NCBI GenBank assembly: GCA_963724295.1
Contig: CAVRUC010000002.1
Location: forward strand, 288,001-352,000
Direction: 5' to 3'
DNA: 64,000 bases
From: an uncultured Chloroflexia bacterium
GTDB taxonomy: Bacteria > Chloroflexota > Chloroflexia > Thermomicrobiales > UBA6265
Of this stretch, positions 36,739-47,767 are shown piece after piece (position 1 is the first letter of the stretch; each line of letters starts with the position of its first letter). A program made the position numbers and the translations under genes. The notes beneath the pieces are model-generated. The model saw nothing but the letters and a program-made list of their open reading frames with translations. It ran no database searches and was not told the DNA's origin.

Positions 36739-38547
36739 GTGCGGCATGAGGCGAGCGGACGAGGGCACTCGAGCGCGCGGGCGTCCCGGTTGGGACGACG
36801 GAGCGTGCTGCGGGCAGGCGCCGGGGTCGCCGCGGGACTGCTGGTCGGCGGGGAACGACGCCAGGCGCGAGCTGTTCCGGAGCGTCAGGCAGGTTCGTTC
36901 ACACTCGGCGGGCGCTGGGTGGAAGACGAGGGATTCCGCCTCGCGCAGCGCGCGGATCCGGCCCAGTTCATCGCATTTGCGGCCGATTTCCCGTTCTACG
37001 CGCTTGCCCCCAGCTGGAGTGGAGAGGGCGATCCGGGAGGATCGGTCGAGTTGCTCTGGAGTCCCGATGGCGTGACCTGGTCCGAGCCGATCTGGATCGG
37101 GCGAGCGTCGCACAGTGGCCGGCCCGACCGGGACGGACGCACCATCGGCAGCCTCGTCTCCACGCCGGGGGCCACGTTTCTGCAGTACCGAACATACGAC
37201 AGCGCCGGTAACTTGACGCCGCTGCCAGGGTTCGAGATCGACTACATCGACGCTACCGCGGGCCCGTCACTGGAGCAAATCGCCAACCCGGCACTCACGC
37301 CCGTCTTCTCGCCTCCGCCGCTGATCACCCGTGCCGCGTGGGGCGCGGACGAATCACTCCGTTTCGGCATGGGGGGTGGGGAGCTTTTCCCGGTCGAGTA
37401 TCAGCCGGTCGAGCACGTGATCATCCATCACGCCGATACCGCGAACTTCAACGATCCGGTATTGGAGATGCGCTCGATCTACTACTTCCACGCGATCACC
37501 CGTGGCTGGGGCGACATCGCCTACAACTACCTCGTCGATTTCATGGGCAATGTCTACGAAGGCCGCGTTGGCGGAGAGGGTGCGGTCGGCTGCCACGCCG
37601 AGGGCTACAACGCGGGGAGCTGCGGTATCTGCCTGATGGGCCGGTTCTTCGACGACCCAGCCACCCCGGAGATGCACAACGCCATCGTCTGGATCGCCTC
37701 CTGGGCCGCCCGAAATCTCGACCCGACCGGCGCCGCGCCCTTCCATGACATCACGAGTCTGCCGACGATCTGCGGGCACCGCGACGTCAACAACACCACC
37801 TGCCCCGGCGACGACTTTTACGTGCAGCTCGACACCGTCCGTACTGAAGCGCGGCGAGTAATCAGAGGCCGCGATGACCCGGAACCGCCGCCACCTGAGT
37901 GGTACCCCGGGATGCGGGTGCTCACGAATGCCGAAGGCGTCAGCCTCCGCGCCGGACCCGGAACCGATTTCGACGTCGTGACCAAGGTCGCCTTTGGCGA
38001 GCCGTTGCTGGTTCTCCAGGGTCCGACGACCAACGAGTCGACGATCTGGTACGAGGTCCAGGGCGTTTCGCTGACCGGGTGGATCGCCGGCAACCTGCTC
38101 GTTCCGGACCCAAATCCGGCTCCGCTCGAGCCGCCACCCACGGAAACACCAGTCGCCGCGGCGTCTGCGGACCCGGCCACGCCACTGCCGGAAGGCGAGG
38201 TTGCGCCACCCGCTGTGGAGCCCGTCCCAGAGACTGACCCTGTCAACGCTCCGGTCGAGAATGCTGAGACCGGCGAGCAGGTAGGTGGCGCCAACGGCAA
38301 CATGGAGCAACATCAGGAGGCGTGGCCGGTCTTCGCCGCCGGGACGGCAACTACCGTCGCCTCGGGTCCCCTCAACATTCACGTCGAGCCCGCGCTCTGG
38401 GCAACGGTCCTGACCGCGCTGCCGGCGGGCTCCATGGCGACGATCATCGCGGGTCCGGTCGAGGGCGAGGGCATCGCCTGGTACCAGATAGCGACGCCGG
38501 AGGGCGTCGAAGGCTGGTGCGACGGATCGTTTCTGCAAACACTCTGA
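36739..38547 (+). CDS. Tat-exported N-acetylmuramoyl-L-alanine amidase (Amidase_2) with two SH3 domains
   Basis: LGRRSVL Tat motif; IIHH, GWGDIAYNYL, GHRDVNNTTCPG; LRAGPGT and WYQI SH3 motifs. Confidence 0.9.
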   Translation: MRHEASGRGHSSARASRLGRRSVLRAGAGVAAGLLVGGERRQARAVPERQAGSFTLGGRWVEDEGFRLAQRADPAQFIAFAADFPFYALAPSWSGEGDPGGSVELLWSPDGVTWSEPIWIGRASHSGRPDRDGRTIGSLVSTPGATFLQYRTYDSAGNLTPLPGFEIDYIDATAGPSLEQIANPALTPVFSPPPLITRAAWGADESLRFGMGGGELFPVEYQPVEHVIIHHADTANFNDPVLEMRSIYYFHAITRGWGDIAYNYLVDFMGNVYEGRVGGEGAVGCHAEGYNAGSCGICLMGRFFDDPATPEMHNAIVWIASWAARNLDPTGAAPFHDITSLPTICGHRDVNNTTCPGDDFYVQLDTVRTEARRVIRGRDDPEPPPPEWYPGMRVLTNAEGVSLRAGPGTDFDVVTKVAFGEPLLVLQGPTTNESTIWYEVQGVSLTGWIAGNLLVPDPNPAPLEPPPTETPVAAASADPATPLPEGEVAPPAVEPVPETDPVNAPVENAETGEQVGGANGNMEQHQEAWPVFAAGTATTVASGPLNIHVEPALWATVLTALPAGSMATIIAGPVEGEGIAWYQIATPEGVEGWCDGSFLQTL

Positions 38548-38853
38548 GTGAGGTGAAGAGTTTCAGGTGGTGAGTCATGGGCTTTCGGCTATCGGCCGTC
38601 CGGGCGATGGGTCAACCTTCCCGGCCCTCCCGAACTTCCAGGGTACTCGCGTAGCGACTCACGACTCACGACTGACGGCTCGCTCTAGCCGTCTCGATCA
38701 AGATCCCCCTTTCTGCGCGCGCGCCGGAACACCTGGTGTCAGCGCCAGGGAGCTTTGTAGCGAGCTGCTGTCACTCCCCTTATCGGCCCTGGAGCTCTTC
38801 AGCGCCTATCATCTTTGCCGAACTTGCGACGAAGGCTCAGGATTCTCGGCACT

Positions 38854-39696
38854 ATGATGCGGTTCCCAATTGGAATCATGGCTGCGCTGCTGTTGCTCGC
38901 TCCGGTCCTACCGGTTTCGGGCCAGGAAACAGAGGGCGCTGCGCTCGAGGGTGCATTCGCCGTCACGATCGCCACGGAGGACGTCCCACGAGATCTGATC
39001 GACGGCGCTTCCCTGATCGGCCGCTGGCAGGTCACGTTCACTGCGGATGGCACGTACCTGCTGGAGCGCCAGGATGTCGGCGCGGTCGCCACCGGCCGGT
39101 TCGACATCGACGGTGACCGGCTAACGCTTCGCGCCGAAACTGGTGTGCTGGCCTGCGCTTCGGGCGAGGCCGGCGAAGAGGCGGCCACGTACCGTTGGGA
39201 GGTGGTCGAGGAGCGGCTGTTTCTCATCGCCGTTGAGGAGCCCTGCGCGAAACGCCGCCTCCTGCTGACGACGCGCACGCTGTTCCACTTTGCGGCCTGC
39301 CCACCTCACACGGTCGAGCGCGCGGCGTCTGCAGCCACGCCGACCGGCGCCAGCACTCCACCGGCGCCAGGGCCTCTCGAGCCCGCGATCGACACGTTGC
39401 TCCGGCAAATGTCCGACTGCTGGGCGACTCGCGACCCGGATCGCTTTCTGCCCTTGCTTAGCCGGGACTTCCGGGCGAGGCACCAACCGGCCGACGATGA
39501 CGACGTGCGTCAGTTCACGCTGGGGATGGGAGCGCCGCTCGTCTGGGAGTTGGCGAGCGACGTCGACGTGATCGACGCGACCCACGCCACGGCCAGCGTG
39601 CGGCAGTTCTCCGGCGACAATGTCGACGTCCTCCGGTACGACTTCGTCTACGAGGATGGGGCGTGGCGGTGGGACGGCATGAGCGACAGCCCGTAG
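38854..39696 (+). CDS. Secreted hypothetical protein (C-terminal NTF2-like)
   Basis: Signal peptide; coding bias. Confidence 0.7.
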   Translation: MMRFPIGIMAALLLLAPVLPVSGQETEGAALEGAFAVTIATEDVPRDLIDGASLIGRWQVTFTADGTYLLERQDVGAVATGRFDIDGDRLTLRAETGVLACASGEAGEEAATYRWEVVEERLFLIAVEEPCAKRRLLLTTRTLFHFAACPPHTVERAASAATPTGASTPPAPGPLEPAIDTLLRQMSDCWATRDPDRFLPLLSRDFRARHQPADDDDVRQFTLGMGAPLVWELASDVDVIDATHATASVRQFSGDNVDVLRYDFVYEDGAWRWDGMSDSP

Positions 39697-39840
39697 CACG
39701 GCTCCAACGCGACCAGGTCCGTAGATGACAGGTTTCTGAGCCAGCGCTATGCTGGCAGGCAGCCGGGTCGCGTCTATCGAAGCCTCGACCTGTACAGTCC
39801 GTAACTCGAAACAGATCGGGCACGGGAAGGAGCATGGATC

Positions 39841-41307
39841 TTGGCGACGCTGCTAGAGACGACCCGGAGTGGCCGCCGTGCCGTAATCGCTGCTCTCGCG
39901 GGCTTGGCCACCCTGGGTCGCGGCCGGCCGGCGACGGCGAGAAGCACGCGGTCGGTCCGTTTTGCGTTCTTCGGCACAGGGGCCGAACAGCGCGCCTACC
40001 AGCGCCTGGCGGCCGCCTTCGAGGCGGCCCACCCCGACATCACGGTTGAGCTGGTCGGCCTCGACTCGGGCGACGCGTCGTTGCGGCTGGACACCGTGAT
40101 GGCCAGCCCCGATCGGCCCTGGCTTCAGCGAGGCGGCCCCTACCAGTCCTGGCTCTGGCGCGAGCTGGCCAGTCCCACGGCGCCAGATGTCTTCGTGCTG
40201 AGCTACCAGCGCTTTCCCGCCTTCGCTGCACGCGGGATCCTCGAGCCGCTCGGGAAGTACCTGCGCGCCAGCACCGCGCTCGACGCCGCGGACCTCTACC
40301 CCGACGCGCTTGACGCGTTTCGTGCGGCCGACATGCCCGACGATGGGTTAGGCGCCATCCCGCTCAATGCCTCCAGCCTGGTCGTCTATTACAACAGCGA
40401 TCTGTTCGCGCAGCGCGGAGTTTCCTTGCCGAGCGATGAGTGGTCGTGGGAGGAGTTCGCTACCGCCGCCGAGGCGTTGACGTCCCGCCGAGATGGCGAC
40501 GGCCGGGCCACCGTTCACGGACTGGCCATCGAGCCGCGGCTCTCGCGATCGGCCGCGTTCATCTGGGGCGCCGGGGGCGAAATGATCGACGATCCAGTGC
40601 GGCCGACCCGGCTCACCCTCGACACCGCCGCGTCACAGGAAGGGTTGCGTTGGTTCGCCGAGTTGGGACCGGCCGGGCGCAACGTGACGCCGACCTCGCT
40701 CGAAGCGCGCCAGGTCAACGACCTCGCCCGCTTCGCCACTGGTCGCGCCGCGATGTTCGTCCATACTCGGCGCGTCGTTCCTGTCCTGCGCGAGGCGAAG
40801 GGTTTGAACTGGGATGTGGCGCCACTCCCCGTCGGCGCCATCCCGGCCAACGTCCTCCACAGCGATGGCTTGTGCCTGCTCGCCGGGGCGCGGGATAAAG
40901 AAGCGGCCTGGACGTTCATCGAGTTCGCGGTCGGTCCGGTCGGGCAAGCCGTTCTGGCCGAGACCGGGCGCACCGTCCCTTCGTTGCGCAGCGTCGCCGA
41001 CTCCGACGCGTTCTTGCGGGGCACGTCGCTTCCGCTCCAGTTCGGCGGTGAACCGCTCGGCTTGCTCCCGAAGCGGGGTCGCGTTTTTCTCGACAATGTG
41101 CCCGTCTCGCGCCGGCTGCCGGCCGTAGCCACTCTGCCCGCGGTGGAGGGGATGTTCGACCGCGCCTTCAAGCAGGCCTTCTACGTCGACGCCGATGTGT
41201 CCGGGGCTACAGCGACCATCGCGCGCGACATCCAGGGGATGCTGGGTGACCGGCTCACGGTCCCGAGCTACCTCTTCCGCGAGGGGATGACGGAGATAGA
41301 AGAGTAA
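39841..41307 (+). CDS. Carbohydrate ABC transporter substrate-binding protein (family 1)
   Basis: Tat-like RR; APDVF, VVYYNSDLF, WDVAPLP. Confidence 0.9.
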   Translation: MATLLETTRSGRRAVIAALAGLATLGRGRPATARSTRSVRFAFFGTGAEQRAYQRLAAAFEAAHPDITVELVGLDSGDASLRLDTVMASPDRPWLQRGGPYQSWLWRELASPTAPDVFVLSYQRFPAFAARGILEPLGKYLRASTALDAADLYPDALDAFRAADMPDDGLGAIPLNASSLVVYYNSDLFAQRGVSLPSDEWSWEEFATAAEALTSRRDGDGRATVHGLAIEPRLSRSAAFIWGAGGEMIDDPVRPTRLTLDTAASQEGLRWFAELGPAGRNVTPTSLEARQVNDLARFATGRAAMFVHTRRVVPVLREAKGLNWDVAPLPVGAIPANVLHSDGLCLLAGARDKEAAWTFIEFAVGPVGQAVLAETGRTVPSLRSVADSDAFLRGTSLPLQFGGEPLGLLPKRGRVFLDNVPVSRRLPAVATLPAVEGMFDRAFKQAFYVDADVSGATATIARDIQGMLGDRLTVPSYLFREGMTEIEE

Positions 41308-41351
41308 CTGGTCAACGTCCGCCCCCGCTGAGACGAAGGAGTGCGGCACGC

Positions 41352-42730
41352 ATGGCCCGTTTGCGATCCTCCCGATTCTGGTGCACGCTGGCGCTCGTCA
41401 TCGCGACCTCAGCGCAACGCTTGCGAACGGCGTCACCTCGGGCGCGCAAGAGCCTGCCGGAATCCGCTTCGCCTTCTGGGGCGATCCGGCCGAGCAGGCA
41501 GCCTACGAGCAGGTCGTGGCGGGCTTCGAGGCCGCGCACCCCGACATCGACGTTACGATCGACTACACACCGGGGCAGACCGACTACTACCGCAAGATCG
41601 CCACCGACTTTGCTGGCAACGACCCGCCCGACGTCTTCCTGATCAACTACCGGCAGTTTGGGCAGTACGCCGCTCGCGGTGCCCTGGAGCCGGTCGCGTC
41701 ATTCCTCGATGCCAGTTCCGCGATTGCGGCCAGCGACTACGCCCCGATCGCCATGGATGCCTTCAAATACGGCGGCGACCAAGTATGTATGCCGCAGAAT
41801 GTCTCCAGTCTGGTCGTCTACTACAACGTCGACCTCTTCACCGCTAACGGCGTGCCGCTGCCGGCGGCGGGCTGGACCTGGAACGAGTTCGTAGGAGCTG
41901 CCGAGGCGTTGACCCAGGACACTGACGGCGACGGCCAGGTGGACCAGTACGGCGTCGTCGTCGAACCGATCATGTACCGCGTGGTCCCATTCGTCTGGAG
42001 TGCCGGCGGTGAGGTCGTCGACGACCTCGACGCGCCGACGACGCTGGCGCTCGACTCGCCCGAGGCGATCGCGGGGATCGAGATGTTTGTCAGCCTCGGT
42101 GCGAGCGGCCACAACGTCGTGCCCTCCGAGGAGGAGGTCGCCGCTGAGGAAGACGCCGATCGGTTCATGCGCGGCGGGGCGGCGATGTTCCTGCAGAGCC
42201 GGCGGGAGGTTCCAAGCCTGCGTCAGATCGAAGGCTTCGCCTGGGACGTGGCCCCACTACCGGTCATCGACGAGGCGGCTACGGTCCTGCACAGCGACGC
42301 GTTCTGCATGGCCTCGGCGGCCGCGGACCAGGGCGCGGTCTGGGACTTCGTCGAGTACGCCGTCGGGGAGACCGGCCAACTGATACTCGCCGAAACCGGG
42401 CGCATCGTCCCCTCCCGATCCGACATCGCTCAGTCCCCCGTCTTCTTGGATGGGGTCCCGGTCGACGGGGGAACGGGGCTTACCGGGGACGGCAGCCCGG
42501 CGCCGGAATCAGCCCTGCCGCCGGCGAACAGCGAGGTCTTCCTCACCAACATCCCCGCCATCCACCGCTTGCCGTCGCTATCGACCTGGCCTGAGGTCGA
42601 GGATATCTTCAATGCGGAGTTCGACCGAGCCTTCTACGTCCCAATCGACGTTCCCGCGGCCATAGACCGCGTCATCGCGCAGAGCCGGGAGCCCTTCGCA
42701 CGGGCCGCCGCGGACGCGGATGCGCCATAG
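41352..42730 (+). CDS. Carbohydrate ABC substrate-binding protein (apparent frameshift in signal peptide near 41410)
   Basis: AAGGAG RBS + MARLRSSRFWCTLALVIA in one frame; mature SBP (PPDVF, YYNVDLF) in another. Confidence 0.88.
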
Positions 42731-42736
42731 TCTCGA

Positions 42737-43591
42737 TCAGCTCCGCAGCCTCTCGTAGCCGCGGGCGTCCTGCAGAAACGCGCCCTGGGCCAGGACGAAG
42801 ACGAGGAGCACGGGCGCCAGCACGACGATGGCGCCGGTCATGATCAGCGGCCAGTTCGTGCGGTCGAGGGAGTAGAGCACTCGCAGGCCCAACGCGGCAG
42901 TGTTATTCGCGTCGGTGCGTATCAGCAGTAGCGGCTCGATGACGCTGTTCCAATAGTGAACGGCGGAGAGGACACTGACCGCCACAATTGCCGGCCGCGC
43001 CAGCGGGAGCGCGATCTCCTTCCAGATGCGCCACGGCGTGGCTCCGTCGAGGCGTGCCGCCTCGTAGATCTCCCGCGGCACGCGCAAGAACGTCCAGGCG
43101 AAGAGCAGGACATAGAACGGGGAGGTTCCCATCAGTGCTGGGACGACGAGCGCGATGCGGCGATCGATCAGCCCTGCCTCCTTGAAGAGGATGAAACGGG
43201 GCAGCCAGATCGCGGTTAGCGGCACCATCAGGCAGAGGATCGACAGGGCGAGCAACCGCCAGCGCCACGGCCGGGAGAGTTGCGAGATCGCGAACCCCGC
43301 CCATGAGGCCACGACGATCGTGATCGGCACGGCGAGGGCGATGACGAACAAGGAGTTGGCCGCGTAGCGGAGCATGTCGACCACGCGGAAGACCTCGCGG
43401 TAGTTACCCCAGGCGACCGGCGACGGAATCCAGCCAAACGCTCGCCGCATTCCGGCACCCGGATCGTGCAGCGAGCCGGACAGCGCCCAGAGCAGCGGCA
43501 GGAGAAAAAGGAGCGCGACAAACGTCGCGAGCCCATCGCGCGCAAGCCCCGCCATCCGGCGTTGGCAGTGTCCGGGACGGTTACGCACCAT
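42737..43591 (-). CDS. Carbohydrate ABC permease (MalG-like)
   Basis: EAARLDGA motif. Confidence 0.92.
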   Translation of the reverse strand: MVRNRPGHCQRRMAGLARDGLATFVALLFLLPLLWALSGSLHDPGAGMRRAFGWIPSPVAWGNYREVFRVVDMLRYAANSLFVIALAVPITIVVASWAGFAISQLSRPWRWRLLALSILCLMVPLTAIWLPRFILFKEAGLIDRRIALVVPALMGTSPFYVLLFAWTFLRVPREIYEAARLDGATPWRIWKEIALPLARPAIVAVSVLSAVHYWNSVIEPLLLIRTDANNTAALGLRVLYSLDRTNWPLIMTGAIVVLAPVLLVFVLAQGAFLQDARGYERLRS

Positions 43592-44459
43592 CGTCCAGTC
43601 CGAGGCGCCAGCGGAGCGCGGTCCGATATTGCAACCAGAGGACGACCCCCGTGATGAGGTACATGGCGCAGGTCATGGCCGCGGCGTAGCCGAACCGAAG
43701 GTATCCGAAGGCCGTGGTGTAGATGTACATCGGGAGAAAGGTCGTCGCGTAGTCCGGTCCCCCTCCGCGTCCGACGATGAGGGCCGGGACGAAATTCGCC
43801 TGGAAGCTGAGGATGGTGTCGCGAAAGAAGAGCAGCAACAGCGCCGGCGCGATGAGCGGCAAGGAGATACCCCAAAACGCGCGCCAGGGGCCACTTCCGT
43901 CGACGGCGGCCTGATCGAGCAAGTCGCGCGGCACACCTTGCAGGCTGGCCAGACAGATGACGAATCCCTCACCGATCTGCCAGATCATCATCAGCACGAT
44001 GCCGAGGCGCGTCCACGTGGGATCAACGAGCCAGGCCGGACCGTCGACGCCGATCAGCGCGAGGGTCTGGTTGAGCGGTCCATAGATCGGGTTGAGAATC
44101 CACAACCAGATCAGTGCCCAGGCCAAGTCGGGAATGACAGTCGGTAGGTAGACAACGGCGCGATAGAGGCGGTTGCTTGGTGCCGGTCGCAGCAAGAGCC
44201 GCGCCGTGAGGAGCGCGCCGAGGAGACGCAGTGGAACTGCCAACGCGATGTAAAAGAGTGAATTGGCGACGGCAATGCGAAAAACTCCATCGCCGAGCAG
44301 GGTCTGAAAGTTTGCCAGGCCCGCAAACTGAGGCGGCTCGAGGGCATTGTAATCGGCAAAGGCGAGACCGAACCCGGCAATGGCGGGGATGATAATAAGC
44401 GCGGCGAGCCCGGTGAGATAGGGCGCCAACATCAGTCCAACCTGGACTCGGTCCCGCAT
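43581..44459 (-). CDS. Carbohydrate ABC permease (MalF-like)
   Basis: FAGLANF, DQAAVDGS, FGYAAA. Confidence 0.92.
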   Translation of the reverse strand: MRDRVQVGLMLAPYLTGLAALIIIPAIAGFGLAFADYNALEPPQFAGLANFQTLLGDGVFRIAVANSLFYIALAVPLRLLGALLTARLLLRPAPSNRLYRAVVYLPTVIPDLAWALIWLWILNPIYGPLNQTLALIGVDGPAWLVDPTWTRLGIVLMMIWQIGEGFVICLASLQGVPRDLLDQAAVDGSGPWRAFWGISLPLIAPALLLLFFRDTILSFQANFVPALIVGRGGGPDYATTFLPMYIYTTAFGYLRFGYAAAMTCAMYLITGVVLWLQYRTALRWRLGLDDGA

Positions 44460-44773
44460 GCACTTCCCTACCAAACCCGATACCGCGGTCCTCGAGCACT
44501 CGCATCGTGACCGTACTACACACTGCCAAGTGGTTGATTCCCACAAGTGGAGTCCCCAGGCCGGCTCGGGTCCTGATGGACCGCGACGCGCGGACAACGC
44601 GCCTGCCGGTTCTCACGGCTCGGGGCCCACGTCACCCGTACAATGCAGACTTGTCGACCCGGGAATGAAAGAGCGCAAGGAGACCAGGGTGGAAATCCGA
44701 AGGCGTCACACCGTGCCCACGACTAGAGCCCCCGATCAACGCGGGTGCGGCATGAGCCGCCGCGGCCGAGGAG

Positions 44774-44956
44774 ATGACCATGTGGGGGATCTTCGGTCGC
44801 GCCCACGGCGCCCCATTCGATGCCGGGGAGTTTCTGCGACTGCATCCGCAGTGGAACTGGCAGGAAGGTTTTCTGTACAGCCGCCTATCGCAGCCCTGGA
44901 CGAAATTCCGGGGGAATTGCCGGCGCGTACGTCAACCTATCCAGCGCTCAGGCTAG
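44774..44956 (+). CDS. Small hypothetical protein (60 aa)
   Basis: GAGGAG RBS; upstream TACAAT. Confidence 0.35.
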   Translation: MTMWGIFGRAHGAPFDAGEFLRLHPQWNWQEGFLYSRLSQPWTKFRGNCRRVRQPIQRSG

Positions 44957-45082
44957 GTGGCTGTTTTCCAGCAGATTCTCGCTCGATGGCGCACGCCTGG
45001 TCGTGACGACTGCTGACGTCGCTGGGGTATGCGCAGGCGGTCCAGTAAGCAGAAGTGAGATCGATTGGCGAGGGGAGAGACG

Positions 45083-46033
45083 GTGTTAAATTCGGGTATT
45101 GGCGGGGCGCGTTCCTCGACACTCGAGGCGATAGGCGAAACGCCGCTCATTCGCCTGGGCCGGTTGGCGCCACCGGGCGGAGCTGAGGTGCTTGTCAAGC
45201 TGGAGTACTTCAGCCCGACCGGATCCTACAAGGACCGGATGGCCCTGGCGATGATCGAAGGCGCCGAGCGGCGCAGGGAGCTGCGTCCCGGGATGAGCGT
45301 CGTGGAGTTCACCGGCGGCAGCACAGGTTCCTCGCTCGCCTTCGTCTGCGCCGTCAAGGGCTATCCACTCAAATTGGTCTCCTCGGATGCCTTCTCGCCT
45401 GAGAAGCTGCGGACAATGCGCGCTTTCGGGGCTGACCTCACGATCGTGCCCAGTCGGGGTGGCGCGATCACGCCGGACCTATTCGATCGGATGCGAGAGG
45501 TCGTCGAGGAGATCGTGGCTCGAGACGGCGCCTACTGGACTGATCAATTTCACAACACTGACTCACTTGAGGGCTACGCCGGCATCGGCCGTGAGCTGCT
45601 TGCCCAGGCCGGCCCTACGATCAGCACCTTCTGTGGTGGGGTTGGAGTAGCGGGCATGCTGGTCGGCGTCTCGGGGGCACTCAAGGCCGCGGGGAGCGCG
45701 ACACGGATCGTCGCCCTGGAACCAGCCAGCTCGCCCTTCATCTCAACCGGCGTGGGCGGTCCCCATCGCGTCGAGGGGATCGGGACAGGAATGGTGCCGC
45801 CGCTCCTGACCCCAGGCACTTACGACGAGGTCCGAACGATCGAGGAGAGCGAGGCGCGAGTAATGGCCCGCCGGCTGGCTCGCGAGGAAGGCATCTTCGC
45901 CGGTGTCTCGACCGGCCTGAACGTGGTCGCGGCTTTGCGTCTGGCCGAGGAACTTGGGTCAGGGCGGACGGTTGCGACGGTGGCCGTCGACACCGGATTG
46001 AAGTACCTGGCTGGCGACCTGTACGAGGGTTAG
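45083..46033 (+). CDS. Cysteine synthase family PLP enzyme
   Basis: IGETPL, SPTGSYKDR (PLP lysine), EGIG, DTGLKY. Confidence 0.92.
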   Translation: MLNSGIGGARSSTLEAIGETPLIRLGRLAPPGGAEVLVKLEYFSPTGSYKDRMALAMIEGAERRRELRPGMSVVEFTGGSTGSSLAFVCAVKGYPLKLVSSDAFSPEKLRTMRAFGADLTIVPSRGGAITPDLFDRMREVVEEIVARDGAYWTDQFHNTDSLEGYAGIGRELLAQAGPTISTFCGGVGVAGMLVGVSGALKAAGSATRIVALEPASSPFISTGVGGPHRVEGIGTGMVPPLLTPGTYDEVRTIEESEARVMARRLAREEGIFAGVSTGLNVVAALRLAEELGSGRTVATVAVDTGLKYLAGDLYEG

Positions 46034-46224
46034 CGTGCTCCACGCCGCGCGCTCTTTCACGTTCAGTCAACCGTCCAGTCCTCGACCTGAAGCTGGGCAA
46101 TCTAACCGTCGTGAAGAGGCCCACTCAAGCGCCGGCGATCGGGTTCGAGGGGCTTTGGGCGCACATCTTTAGGTGTTTGGGCACAGGTTGACGAGAGTCT
46201 GGTAGGGCTTTATGCACAGAGCGA

Positions 46225-46234
46225 TTGTATACAG
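46225..46234. promoter_or_regulatory. Possible GntR/FadR-type operator TTGTATACAG
   Basis: Palindrome TGTATACA upstream of the sugar ABC operon. Confidence 0.4.
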
Positions 46235-46405
46235 TTTGCGAGTCTCACCCGTTGACGCCCTTTGCACTCGTTGTTAGGATGCGCCGGCCAACACCAGAAC
46301 CGCGCAGTCCGCCAGGGAGTGCCTTGCCCTGGTCTGTTGGCTCGTGTCGCGCTGCCCGGCGTCGGGAAGCGCTTGCCGTCGACGTCGAGACGGAGGAACG
46401 CACAG

Positions 46406-47596
46406 ATGGACCAGTGCAAGTTCATAGACCGCCGGTTGGGTCGCCGTTCCGTCATCCGCGGCGCGGCCGTGGGCGCGGGCGCAGTCGGACTCGGGCTCAG
46501 TGGGGCCGGCCGCTTCAGCTCGATGGCCTGGGCACAGGAGGCCAGTCCTGCCGCCAGCAGCTTCGATCCGGAAGCCTGCTACCAGCCGTTCCCCGGTGCA
46601 ACCACGGTACAGTACGAAAAGCTGGCCGACCCGCCCTACAACATCGCGCTCTCCAACTCCTACATCGGCAATGTCTGGCGCACTCAGATGATCAAGATGG
46701 CCAAGGCCTACGCCGAGTCGCCAGACGTCGCGGACCTCATCGGCGAGTTCCAGGTCAATACCGCCGATCGCGATGACGCCGCCCAGATCGCCGCCATCGA
46801 GAATCAGATCTCCAACGGTGCCCAGGCGCTGGTGATCCTCGCCCATACGCCGACCGCGCTGGTGCAGACGGTGCAGCAGGCCCGCGCCGACGGCATCGTG
46901 GTCGTCTCCTTCGACACCACGGTTCAGGCTGATCCGCCCGATCCCTCGCTCGATCTGGGCATCACCGTCAACGAGGACCAGGTCGAGATGGGCCGCCGCT
47001 GGGCGCAATGGCTGGTCGAGCAGACTGGCGGCGAAGGCAAGATCCTGATGGTCAACGGTGTCCAGGGCACCGGCGTCGATCAGGAGCGCCGAGAGGGCGC
47101 CCAGGAAGTCTGGGACGCCAATCCTGGAATCTCGATCGTCGAGGTCGTCGGCGACTGGGATCCGGGCAAGGCGCAGTCCGTGACCGCCACCGCGCTGGCT
47201 GCTAATCCGGACTTTGCCGGCGTCTGGTGCCAGGGCGGGACTGACGGCGTCGTACGAGCCTTCCTCGACGCCGGCGTGCCGCTGGTGCCGGTGGCGGGTG
47301 AGGCCGAGAACGGCTTCCGCAAGCAGATGCTGGAGTACAAGGACCAGTTCGAGGGCTACTCCATCGGGCAGACACCAGGTCTGGTTTGCGTTTCAATGCG
47401 CGCGGCACTCAGCCTGCTCATGGGCGAGCCGGTAACGAGTGCGGTCTCGGTGCCGCTGCCAGAGGCCAAGACCGATGAGCTGGTGCCGGGGGTCAACGTC
47501 TTCCCGGACGCCCCGGACAACTTCTTTACGGCGACGTCGATCCCCGCATGCGGGGTGAATCTCACCTTTGAGGAGGTCGACGCACAGCAGGTCTAA
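46406..47596 (+). CDS. Monosaccharide (RbsB-like) ABC substrate-binding protein, Tat signal
   Basis: GGAGG RBS; LGRRSVI; SNSYIGNVWRTQM, VVSFD. Confidence 0.92.
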   Translation: MDQCKFIDRRLGRRSVIRGAAVGAGAVGLGLSGAGRFSSMAWAQEASPAASSFDPEACYQPFPGATTVQYEKLADPPYNIALSNSYIGNVWRTQMIKMAKAYAESPDVADLIGEFQVNTADRDDAAQIAAIENQISNGAQALVILAHTPTALVQTVQQARADGIVVVSFDTTVQADPPDPSLDLGITVNEDQVEMGRRWAQWLVEQTGGEGKILMVNGVQGTGVDQERREGAQEVWDANPGISIVEVVGDWDPGKAQSVTATALAANPDFAGVWCQGGTDGVVRAFLDAGVPLVPVAGEAENGFRKQMLEYKDQFEGYSIGQTPGLVCVSMRAALSLLMGEPVTSAVSVPLPEAKTDELVPGVNVFPDAPDNFFTATSIPACGVNLTFEEVDAQQV

Positions 47597-47645
47597 TTCG
47601 ACCGCGGGTCGTTCTCGCAATTGAGCGGCTCGATCTGAACCCGAG

Positions 47646-47685
47646 GTAGGGGCAACGCCTGCATCGTGCAGCGCGTTGCCCCTAC
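47646..47685. repeat. GTAG-type REP palindrome
   Basis: GTAGGGGCAACGC...GCGTTGCCCCTAC. Confidence 0.75.
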
Positions 47686-47767
47686 AGGGTTACTTTCCGT
47701 TACGGGCTTCACCAGTAAACTCAGGTGGGTGACCTGTTCATCTCGCCCAGGGGATTTCAGTACAAGA

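Noticed and set aside
44650..44740. Cobalamin riboswitch, T-box or group II intron remnant (GGTGGAAATCC)
   Set aside because: Only a short motif matches; the other conserved elements are absent
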